Assembly: GCA_016794585.1 (NCBI GenBank) | Contig: JAEUJM010000026.1 | Location: 200,153 to 264,152, forward strand | Length of the DNA stretch: 64,000 nucleotides | Direction of reading: 5' to 3' | Origin: Acidimicrobiales bacterium | GTDB taxonomy: Bacteria; Actinomycetota; Acidimicrobiia; Acidimicrobiales; DATDAH01 | Shown here: positions 42,746 to 50,991 of the stretch, piece by piece | Position numbering within the stretch: position 1 is the first letter of the stretch | Layout of the letters: each line of letters begins with the position of its first letter | Program-made: the position numbers and the translations under genes | Notes under the pieces: generated by a model | The model's database searches: none | What the model was told of the DNA's origin: nothing | Seen by the model: the letters and a program-made list of their open reading frames with translations, nothing else

Positions 42746-42794
42746 CTGCTCGGGACCTCACCGGGGCGGCCGGCCGGTACCGCCCCCGGACGGG

Positions 42795-43040
42795 TCAGTA
42801 CCACCAGGTGGACTTCTTGCGCTCCTTGCGCAGCGACTCCTCGTCGAAGGGCACGGGCAGCAACTCGCCGTCGCTGAGGCGACGCAGGCGGTAGCCGTCG
42901 TCGCCGTGGTCGGCGACCTCGAAGCCCTTGGCCCAGTGCTGGTCGAAGCGGCGGCGCACCTCGACCTTGGTGCCGACGGGGAAGAGGGGGGCGGCGGCCA
43001 TGGTGTGGGTGGTTGCGTCGGTGTTGGCGATGAGGGTCAT
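42795..43040 (-). CDS. Small hypothetical protein (81 aa)
   Basis: ATG 43040 is preceded by GGAGACGGG. Basic C-terminus KERKKSTWWY. No motif recognised. Confidence 0.45.
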   Translation of the reverse strand: MTLIANTDATTHTMAAAPLFPVGTKVEVRRRFDQHWAKGFEVADHGDDGYRLRRLSDGELLPVPFDEESLRKERKKSTWWY

Positions 43041-43208
43041 CCCGTCTCCGGATGTGTGGACGTCGTCGATTTCCGCCCGCTCCCCTTCGGGCCATTTTCG
43101 ACCTGACGGGAAGCTGATGCAAGAGATACCGGACGAAACCATCCTCATGGTCAAGAGGAGGTAAAGGTGACGAGAAGGTTGTGTGGTGCGAGTCTTGCGG
43201 CTCGGCGC

Positions 43209-43694
43209 TCAACCGTCGGCGATGGTCACCGTCGGCTCCACCGAGATCTCGCTGCGCAGCGAGTTGGCGATGAAGCACTCGCGGTGGGCGACTTCGAGCA
43301 GGTGCTCGACCCTGGCGACGGTCGGCCCGGGGCCCACGAGCACCCTCGGCCGCAGGGTGATCGCGGTGAGCCGCATCGGTGGGTCGTCCTCGGGCATGGT
43401 CGCTTCCGCGTCGTCCTCGTAGGAGCGGACGTCGATGCGGGCACGAGCGGCCACGGCGAGGAAGGACAGGAGCTGGCACGACGAGGCGGCCAGCACCACG
43501 AGTTGCTCGGGGTTGAGGAGGGCGGGATCACCGAGGAAGGCCGGGTCCGACGCGAGGGTGAGGCTGGCGTCGGCCGGTGGCGCCGAGGCGGTGTGGGTGC
43601 GGTCGTAGGCGTCGTAGCCCACCCCGGTCGAGCCCGACCAGCGCAGGCGGGCCTGGTAGCGGTGCACGGGGAGGGGGACGCCGTCGTCTGCCAC
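43209..43694 (-). CDS. OsmC/Ohr-family peroxiredoxin-like protein
   Basis: 161 aa. NPEQLVVLAASSCQLLSF...AHRECFIANS (two conserved Cys). Confidence 0.8.
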   Translation of the reverse strand: MADDGVPLPVHRYQARLRWSGSTGVGYDAYDRTHTASAPPADASLTLASDPAFLGDPALLNPEQLVVLAASSCQLLSFLAVAARARIDVRSYEDDAEATMPEDDPPMRLTAITLRPRVLVGPGPTVARVEHLLEVAHRECFIANSLRSEISVEPTVTIADG

Positions 43695-43771
43695 GGGCCC
43701 ATGGTGGCAGGCCCGGTGGGCGCAGGCGCCGGGGTTCCCATGGCCGCTCCCCGGCGGGCCATGATGGCGTC

Positions 43772-44491
43772 GTGTCGACCGCGCCCACCCTGCGCAAGGC
43801 CCTGAAGGCCAAGTCGCCGGGGCTCGCCGTCGAGCGCTCGTTCTGGGAGCAGGGGCACGAGGTGGTCGTCGGGGTCGACGAGGTGGGACGCGGGTCGTGG
43901 GCGGGCCCGCTCAGCATCGGCGCCGCGGTGCTGCCACAGGACCGTCGCGTGTACAAGGTCCGCGACTCGAAGATGCTCACCGAGGCCGAGCGCGAGGCCC
44001 TCTTCGACCGGGTGGCCGACTGGTGCGTGGCGTGGGCCGTCGGCCACGCCAGCCAACAGGAGTGCGACGAGCTCGGCATGTCGGCGGCGCAGAAGCTGGC
44101 CGCCCGGCGAGCCATCGAGGGTCTGGGGCTGGGCGAGCCCGACCAGGTGCTGATCGACGGCAACTGGGACTTCATCGGTGGCGGCCGCACCACCCGGATC
44201 GTCAAAGGCGACGCCACCTGCCTGTCGATCTCGGCGGCATCGATCCTCGCCAAGGTCACCCGCGACCGGATCATGCGGGCCGAGGCGCCCAACTACCCGG
44301 GCTTCGACTTCGAGTTCAACAAGGGCTATCCGTGCCCCCGGCACAAGGCGGCCCTCCAGTGGTACGGGCCCACGGCCATCCACCGGCGCAGCTGGGTCTT
44401 CATGGACCACCTCCCGTGGACCGGCTGCCCCCGCACCCGTCCACCCGATCCCCAGGGCGTCCTCTTCCCCGAGGTCCCGGCTCCCACGTAG
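43772..44491 (+). CDS. rnhB: Ribonuclease HII
   Basis: GVDEVGRGSWAGPL, VRDSKMLT, ASILAKVTRD, GYP..H. GTG 43772 is chosen as the start; the ORF opens further upstream. Confidence 0.88.
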   Translation: MSTAPTLRKALKAKSPGLAVERSFWEQGHEVVVGVDEVGRGSWAGPLSIGAAVLPQDRRVYKVRDSKMLTEAEREALFDRVADWCVAWAVGHASQQECDELGMSAAQKLAARRAIEGLGLGEPDQVLIDGNWDFIGGGRTTRIVKGDATCLSISAASILAKVTRDRIMRAEAPNYPGFDFEFNKGYPCPRHKAALQWYGPTAIHRRSWVFMDHLPWTGCPRTRPPDPQGVLFPEVPAPT

Positions 44492-44614
44492 TGCAAACGC
44501 ATCATCTCGCCGATCCTGCTTCACCCGGGCGGGTTCGGCGCCGACGGGTCCAGTACAGTTCTGTACATCGAGGTGCTGGCGGGTGCTGCACGCCAGGGGC
44601 GGCGGGAGAGCGAC

Positions 44615-46393
44615 GTGAGACGAGCCGGACGGCGACGAGGGGCGGCGCTCCTGGTGACGGTCGCGCTCGCTGCCGCGTTGGTCGCCTCCGCGACGACCAC
44701 CGCCGGCTCCGAGCCGGTGACGCCCGACGCCGAAGCGGTCGTCGACTCCTGTCCGGGCGGCTTCATCGCCGTGCCCTCGGCGGTGTCGGGCGGTCCCACG
44801 ATGTGCACCCACGGCCCGGACCCCTCCGTGACACCGGAGCAGCTGCTGGCCGAGGGTGGTCGTGCCCCGGAAGCATCCGCCGGCATCCAGTGCTACGGCA
44901 ACGGCACCAGCGGTGAGCGGGTGCAGCTCCTCTACGTGTACGCCTCGGTCAACCGCATCAACACCTTCCGGCCATGGATCGAGGACCGTGCCGCGTCCAT
45001 CGACGCCATGTACGACCTCAGTGCCCAGCAGACGGGCGGGCACCGCTACGTGCGCTGGCTGACCGACGCCCAGTGCAACCTCTCGATCACCGCGGTCAAC
45101 GTCGCGTCCACGGACCTCGCGATCGGCGCCTTCAGCAGCGGGCTCATCCCGAAGCTCGACTCCCTCGGCTACGACAACCCCAACCGGAAGTACCTCATCT
45201 GGGCGGACACGGGCACGTCCACCACGATCGGCTCGGGCTCGTGCTCTGGCGTCGGGACGCTCTACGTCCATGACGTGGCCAGCCCGGCCGACAACTTCAA
45301 CAACCGCTTCGGCGGCTACACGCGGGTGGACGACAAGTGCCTGTTCCCGCTGTTCGACGCGGTGGCCGGCAAGGTCGAGGCGCACGAGCTCATGCACACC
45401 CTGGGGGCCGTGCAGCCCTCGGCGCCCCACGCCACCATCTACGGCCACTGTCGGGACGACTACGACATCATGTGCTACGTCGACGGCCCCGGGACGTCGC
45501 TGATCTCGCCCCGGCCGTGCAGCACCTCGGGGAACGAGCTGCGCCTCGACTGCAACCACGACGACTACTTCTCCACGAATCCTCCGAGCGGGAGCTACCT
45601 CGCCACCCGGTGGAACGCCGCCAACAGCGACTGGCTCGAGCCCGAGCCGGGCGCGCCGCAACCGCCGGGAGCACCGCCCTCGCTCGCGGCCGCGCCGGGG
45701 GACCAGCAGGTCACCCTGACCTGGGTGAAGCCCACCTACACCGGGGGCAGCGACGTCCTGGGCTACCGCGTCTACCGCGACGACGTACTCCTCCCGATCG
45801 CCACCACCACGCCGACCACCACGGGCGCGAACCTGATCACCACCACGACGTTCACCGACTCCACCGCGGTGAACGGCCAGATCCACACGTACCAGGTCGC
45901 CGCGGTGAACCAGGTGGGTGAGGGTGCGCGCTCGACGCCCGTCTCGGCCCTGGCCGGCATCCCCCGCCCCGACGGCGAGCTCGCCACCGCACGCACCGGC
46001 CCCTTCTCGTTCGGCGGGGTCTACGCCAGCTCGATGACGGGCAACTCCCAGGTCCTCAATCGGCCGGTGGCGCGGGGTGCGGCGGTGACCTCCTACGTCC
46101 GCGTCGGCAACGACCGCCCGGGGATCGACTCGTTCAAGGTGAAGGGCGTGGGCTCGGGGGCGGGCTACACCGTGCGCTACTTCCGGGGCACGACCGACAT
46201 CACCGCGGCGGTGGTCGCGGGCAGCTACACGATCGAGAACGTCCCCGCGAGCGGGTTCGTCGACCTGAAGGTGAAGGTCACGGCCACCACCTCCACGGCG
46301 CGGGGCAGCAGCCGGGCGGTGACCATCACGGTGAAGTCCAAGACGGTGAAGACCACCAAGGACGTCGTCCAGGTCCGCGCCGTCCGCTCCTAG
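44615..46393 (+). CDS. Secreted HExxH zinc-metalloprotease-like protein with a fibronectin type III domain and a C-terminal beta-rich domain
   Basis: Signal peptide (VRRAGRRRGAALLVTVALAAALVASA) after GGGAGAG. HELMHTLG. FN3 (APGDQQVTLTWVKPTYTGGSDVLGYRVYRDD...YQVAAVN). Confidence 0.75.
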   Translation: MRRAGRRRGAALLVTVALAAALVASATTTAGSEPVTPDAEAVVDSCPGGFIAVPSAVSGGPTMCTHGPDPSVTPEQLLAEGGRAPEASAGIQCYGNGTSGERVQLLYVYASVNRINTFRPWIEDRAASIDAMYDLSAQQTGGHRYVRWLTDAQCNLSITAVNVASTDLAIGAFSSGLIPKLDSLGYDNPNRKYLIWADTGTSTTIGSGSCSGVGTLYVHDVASPADNFNNRFGGYTRVDDKCLFPLFDAVAGKVEAHELMHTLGAVQPSAPHATIYGHCRDDYDIMCYVDGPGTSLISPRPCSTSGNELRLDCNHDDYFSTNPPSGSYLATRWNAANSDWLEPEPGAPQPPGAPPSLAAAPGDQQVTLTWVKPTYTGGSDVLGYRVYRDDVLLPIATTTPTTTGANLITTTTFTDSTAVNGQIHTYQVAAVNQVGEGARSTPVSALAGIPRPDGELATARTGPFSFGGVYASSMTGNSQVLNRPVARGAAVTSYVRVGNDRPGIDSFKVKGVGSGAGYTVRYFRGTTDITAAVVAGSYTIENVPASGFVDLKVKVTATTSTARGSSRAVTITVKSKTVKTTKDVVQVRAVRS

Positions 46394-46436
46394 TCCCCCG
46401 CCTGAGTAGCCCTCGTCGAGTGCCGCCTGAGGTCGG

Positions 46437-47702
46437 TCAGTCGGCCTGGGTGCCGACCTTGAGGTCCTTGAACGGCGTGGTCGAGTCGATGCCAGCGTCC
46501 TTCGGGAGGCCCAGCACCCGCTCGCCGACGATGTTGCGCAGCACCTCGTCGGTGCCGCCGGCGATGCGCATCCCGGGCGTGCCCAGGACGAACTGCGACC
46601 AGGCGTAGGTGCCCCACTCGCCGGTGTCGGCGACGAGTCGGGGGCCGAGGACGCCGGCCACGAAGTCCGCGGTCTGGGTGAGGTTCTGGGTGAGGGCCAT
46701 CTTGGCGATCGACATCTCGGGGCCGGGCGCCTGGCCGGCCTTGATCTTGTCGAGCGCTCGCTGGTTGGTGAACTTGGCCACCTGGAACTTGATGTACAGG
46801 TCGGCGAGGGCCTGGCGGTGGACCGGGTCCTGGTCGAGGCCGAAGTGGCGCAGCATCTCGGCCAGGCGGACGCTGTTGGCCAGGCCGAGGCCGCCGCCGC
46901 CGCCGGCGCCGATGGAAGCCCGCTCGTTCATGAGGGTGGTGAGAGCGACCGTCCACCCCTGGTTCACGTCGCCGAGACGGTGGTCGTCGGGCACGCGGAC
47001 CTCGTTGAAGAACACCTCGTTGAAGCTGGCCCCGCCGGTCATCTGGCGCAGGGGGACCACCTCGACGCCGGGGGCGTGCATGTCCACCACGAAGCCGGTG
47101 AGGCCCTTGTGCTTGGGCAGGTCGGCGTCGGTGCGGCAGATCACCTCGCCGATGTCGCTGTACTGCGCGCCGGAGGTCCACACCTTCTGGCCGGTGACGA
47201 CCCACTCGTCGCCGTCGCGGACGGCCTTGGTCTGGAGCCCGGCGAGGTCCGAGCCCGCGCCCGGCTCGCTGAAGAGCTGGGCTCCGACGAGATCGCCCCG
47301 GTACATCTTGGCCAGGTAGGCGTCCTTCACGACGTCGGTGGCGTGGGCGAGGATGGTCGGCGCGACCATGCCCAGGCCGATGCCGAAGAAGCTCTGGTCG
47401 GGGACCGCGTACTTCGCCTCGAGCTGGGCGTAGGCGCGGTCGTACGCGGCCGGCAGCGCACGCCCGCCGTACTGCGCCGGACCGCTGATGTAGCCGAGGC
47501 CGGCGTCGAAGCGCTTCGCCCGCCACGCCTTGGCCTCCGCCAACTGGCGCTGCTCGACCTCGGGGTCGACCTCCTCGAACAGGGCGAGCTCGTCGTCGCC
47601 CTCCCCCCACACGAAGCGCTGGTCGGTGTCGCGTGGCTCGGCGTTGGCGTCGAGGAAGGCGATGGCCTCGGCACGGAAGTCGTCGAGGGAGAGGTCGGGC
47701 AT
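46437..47702 (-). CDS. Acyl-CoA dehydrogenase
   Basis: 421 aa with the ACAD layout (GAQLFSEPGAGSDLAG, KVWTSGAQYSD, RIAGGTDEVLRNIVGERVLGLP). Confidence 0.88.
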   Translation of the reverse strand: MPDLSLDDFRAEAIAFLDANAEPRDTDQRFVWGEGDDELALFEEVDPEVEQRQLAEAKAWRAKRFDAGLGYISGPAQYGGRALPAAYDRAYAQLEAKYAVPDQSFFGIGLGMVAPTILAHATDVVKDAYLAKMYRGDLVGAQLFSEPGAGSDLAGLQTKAVRDGDEWVVTGQKVWTSGAQYSDIGEVICRTDADLPKHKGLTGFVVDMHAPGVEVVPLRQMTGGASFNEVFFNEVRVPDDHRLGDVNQGWTVALTTLMNERASIGAGGGGGLGLANSVRLAEMLRHFGLDQDPVHRQALADLYIKFQVAKFTNQRALDKIKAGQAPGPEMSIAKMALTQNLTQTADFVAGVLGPRLVADTGEWGTYAWSQFVLGTPGMRIAGGTDEVLRNIVGERVLGLPKDAGIDSTTPFKDLKVGTQAD

Positions 47703-47729
47703 GGGGTGCTCCTGGAGGTCCGCGGTGAA

Positions 47730-47747
47730 CTTGACCGTGCGGTCAAG
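47730..47747. promoter_or_regulatory. Perfect 7-4-7 palindrome in the divergent promoter region (operator candidate)
   Basis: CTTGACC-GTGC-GGTCAAG, 28 nt upstream of the ACAD start and 50 nt upstream of the 47797 gene. Confidence 0.4.
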
Positions 47748-47796
47748 ATAGTGGGGCGGTTCGGGAGGCGCCTGATCGGCCCCCTAGCCTGGGGCC

Positions 47797-48483
47797 GTGC
47801 GCCGACCCCGTCTCGTCCTCTGGCTGTTCGTCGGCTGGACCCTGTTCGTCTGGGCCAACCGCATCCGCAACATCTGGACCGACGACACCCTCACCACCTC
47901 CGGGCAGGTGGGGCGGACGTTCCTCGTGGCCTCGTTCGTGGTGCCGGCGGTGGTGGTGGGGCTGACCCTGCTGCGCCGCACGTGGGGGCACTGGTTCCCG
48001 TGGCTGGTCCGGGCCTTCGCCGCCTGGACGGTCGGGGTGTGGGTGGTGCGCATGGTGGGCATCGCCCTGCACGGCCACGACATCGGCTTCGTGGTCGTCC
48101 ACGCCGTGCTCGCGGTGGTCTCGTCGGTTCTGGCCGTCGCCGCCTGGCGCACTACGATCCCGGGCGTCATGGGACAGCCGGTCACCGCCATCGAGAAGCC
48201 CGCGCCGCGCCACGGCATGGTGCGCTTCGACCTCAACCGCAGCATCACGGGCATGGACCACGAGCGCTACGTGGCCGGCCAGGAGATCCCGGGTGACCGT
48301 CCGCCGGACGAACTCGCCCGCCGCCTCTTCGCCACGGGGTCGGTCAGCGCGGTGCACATGATCGGCAACTCGATCACTGTCGACCTCGCCGACGGCCGTG
48401 ACTCCTCGGGCCTGCGCGAGGTCATCGAAGGCCTCTTCACCTTCTACCGAGAAGGCGTCACCCCCACCGTCGCCGCCGAGTAG
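47797..48483 (+). CDS. Membrane protein with a C-terminal Nfu/NifU-N-like domain (tentative)
   Basis: Four hydrophobic helices, then RFDLNRSITG...LARRLFATGSVSAVHMIGNSITVDL. The domain assignment is from memory only. Confidence 0.5.
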   Translation: MRRPRLVLWLFVGWTLFVWANRIRNIWTDDTLTTSGQVGRTFLVASFVVPAVVVGLTLLRRTWGHWFPWLVRAFAAWTVGVWVVRMVGIALHGHDIGFVVVHAVLAVVSSVLAVAAWRTTIPGVMGQPVTAIEKPAPRHGMVRFDLNRSITGMDHERYVAGQEIPGDRPPDELARRLFATGSVSAVHMIGNSITVDLADGRDSSGLREVIEGLFTFYREGVTPTVAAE

Positions 48484-48540
48484 GAGCGCGGCCCCACCTG
48501 GGTGGGGACGGATCCGGTCGACGCTCGGTAGCGTCGGGCC

Positions 48541-49311
48541 ATGGCATCGAACGCACGCTTCCAGGTCGGGGTGCAGCTGCACCCGCAGCACTGCACCATC
48601 GACGAGCTCCGGTCGGCCTGGCAGGCCGCCGACGCCCTCGGCGTCGACAGCATCTGGACGTGGGACCACTTCTTTCCGCTCTACGGCGATCAGGACGACG
48701 TCCACTACGAGGGCTGGTCGCTGCTCGCCGCGATGGCGGTCGACACGACGAACGCCCGGTTCGGGATGCTGGTGACCTGCAACTCGTACCGCAACCCCGA
48801 GCTGCTGGCCGACATGGCGCGCACCGTCGACCAGTTGAGCGGGGGGCGGCTGTACCTCGGCATCGGCTCGGGCTGGTTCGAGCGCGATTACTCGGAGTAC
48901 GGCTACGAGTTCGGCACCGCCCCCGGCCGCCTGCGGGCGTTGGGGGAGGCGCTGCCCCGCCTGAAGGCGCGCCTGGCCAAGCTCACCCCGCCCCCGGCCG
49001 GTGACCTGCCCCTGCTGATCGGTGGGTCGGGCGAGAAGGTCACCCTGCGCCTGGTGGCCGAGCACGCCGACGCGTGGAACACCTTCGGCCCGCCCGAGAA
49101 CTTCAAGGCCAAGAACGCCGTGCTTGACGAGTGGTGCGCCAAGCTCGACCGGGACCCCGCCGCCATCGAGCGCACGGTGGCCATCAACCCCCACGAGGTC
49201 GACGACGCCGAGGCCTACCTCGACGCCGGCGCCACCCACCTCATCGTCATGACCGGCCACCCGTTCGACCTCGGCCCCGTCGAGGCCCTCCTGGCCCGAG
49301 CCCAGGCCTGA
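48541..49311 (+). CDS. LLM-class F420-dependent oxidoreductase (luciferase-like)
   Basis: [43 protein letters not shown]. Confidence 0.82.
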   Translation: MASNARFQVGVQLHPQHCTIDELRSAWQAADALGVDSIWTWDHFFPLYGDQDDVHYEGWSLLAAMAVDTTNARFGMLVTCNSYRNPELLADMARTVDQLSGGRLYLGIGSGWFERDYSEYGYEFGTAPGRLRALGEALPRLKARLAKLTPPPAGDLPLLIGGSGEKVTLRLVAEHADAWNTFGPPENFKAKNAVLDEWCAKLDRDPAAIERTVAINPHEVDDAEAYLDAGATHLIVMTGHPFDLGPVEALLARAQA

Positions 49312-49393
49312 CCCTTCCGTTCCGGACGGAACACCCAGCGGCCGGCGGTCGTTGAGCAACCAGAGCGAGCGAACCCAGAGGGGGAAGCACCCG

Positions 49394-50047
<654 letters not shown>

Positions 50048-50072
50048 CGCTCGGCCGTCCCACTTGCGAGTA

Positions 50073-50088
50073 TCGAACGTATGTTCGA
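50073..50088. promoter_or_regulatory. Consensus actinobacterial LexA (SOS) box upstream of and overlapping imuA'
   Basis: TCGAAC-GTAT-GTTCGA, embedded in a perfect 13-4-13 palindrome at 50066..50095. TTGCGA (50064) and GATACT (50087) are 17 nt apart and look like -35/-10 elements. Confidence 0.85.
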
Positions 50089-50914
50089 TACTCGCGCGAT
50101 CGCCCTCGCCGAGCCCACCCCGCCCCGGCTCGCCTCCGTGCCCCCGGGTCCCGAGGCCTCGTGGCGGGGCGCGGTCGCCGGGCGGGCGCTGGCGGGGCTC
50201 GAGGCGGGGTTGCGTCCCACCACGCTGGCCGACCAGCGGTGCCTGCCGGTCGTCGACGCCCTCGGGCCGCTGCTGGGTGAGGCCGGCCTGCAACGGGGGT
50301 CGGTGGTCTCGGTGGTGGGCCCGGCGGGGTCGGGGGCCACCTCGTTGGCCCTCGCCCTGGTGGCCGGGCCCTCGGCATCGGGGTCCTGGGTGGCGGCGGT
50401 GGGCCTGCCGTGGCTGGGGCTGCCCGCCGCGGCCGAGGCGGGGGTGAACCTGGGGCGCCTGGCCCTGGTGCCGGCACCCGAGCCCGCGGCCTGGGCCGGT
50501 GTGGTGGCTGCCCTGGTCGACGCCTTCGACGTGGTGTTGCTGCGCCCCGAGCGGCGCGCCCGTCCCGCCGACGCCCGTCGCCTCACCGCCCGGGCCCGCG
50601 AGCGGGGTGCGGTGCTGGTGCTGCTCGGCCCGACGGGGGGCTGGCGCGAGGGGCCCGACGTCGTGCTGCGCATCGACCGCACCCACTGGGAGGGCTTGGG
50701 CGACGGCCACGGCCGCCTGCGGTCGCGCCGGGTGCGGGTCGAGGCCACCGGCCGGCGCCGCGCCGCCCGCCCCCGCACCGCCGCCGTCGACCTCCCCGCT
50801 CGGCCGCCGACACCGACGCCGGCCGCCCTGCCCACGTTGCGCAGCGGAGCGGAGCAGCGGGTGGCGCTTGACGCGGATGGCGAAGCCGTCCCGACGGAGG
50901 AGGGACCAGTGTGA
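50081..50914 (+). CDS. imuA: ImuA' (RecA/SulA-fold mutasome accessory protein)
   Basis: Position directly upstream of imuB and behind a LexA box. Degenerate Walker-A-like VVGPAGSGATSLALAL. Start uncertain: ATG 50081 lies inside the LexA box, and there is an in-frame GTG at 50138. The C-terminal ~24 codons lie in repeat copy B1. Confidence 0.75.
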   Translation: MFDTRAIALAEPTPPRLASVPPGPEASWRGAVAGRALAGLEAGLRPTTLADQRCLPVVDALGPLLGEAGLQRGSVVSVVGPAGSGATSLALALVAGPSASGSWVAAVGLPWLGLPAAAEAGVNLGRLALVPAPEPAAWAGVVAALVDAFDVVLLRPERRARPADARRLTARARERGAVLVLLGPTGGWREGPDVVLRIDRTHWEGLGDGHGRLRSRRVRVEATGRRRAARPRTAAVDLPARPPTPTPAALPTLRSGAEQRVALDADGEAVPTEEGPV

Positions 50915-50991
50915 GGCGGAGCGGAGCGGAGCAGCGGGTGGTGCCTGACGCGGATGGCGAAGCCGTCCCGACGGAGGAGGGACCAAGCTGA
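50841..50991 (+). repeat. Head-to-tail pair (50841..50914, 50915..50991) of the ~75-nt GGAGC/GAA-hairpin repeat family
   Basis: B1: GCAGCGGAGCGGAGCAGCGGGTGGCGCTTGACGCGGATGGCGAAGCCGTCCCGACGGAGGAGGGACCAGTGTGA. B2: GGCGGAGCGGAGCGGAGCAGCGGGTGGTGCCTGACGCGGATGGCGAAGCCGTCCCGACGGAGGAGGGACCAAGCTGA. Confidence 0.9.

Noticed and set aside
43041-43208. A lower-GC ~165-nt region upstream of the 81-aa ORF, containing a CCCGAAGGGG mini-hairpin. Considered as a riboswitch or sRNA.
   Set aside because: I could not match it to any riboswitch consensus from memory. A GAA-looped 3-4 bp stem is too small to be significant on its own.
50841-50991. Whether the ~75-nt repeats encode a conserved acidic micro-peptide (SGAEQRV..DADGEAVPTEEGPV / ASDPEGAPTEEA / DDEPDAEGAPRDEEPV).
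   Set aside because: The between-locus differences are paired stem changes (GGC/GCC, CCC/GGG, GCC/GGC). They change the amino acids (G-E-A, P-E-G, A-E-G). No copy has its own start codon, and the reading frame relative to flanking genes differs between loci. Nucleic-acid structure explains the pattern better than coding.
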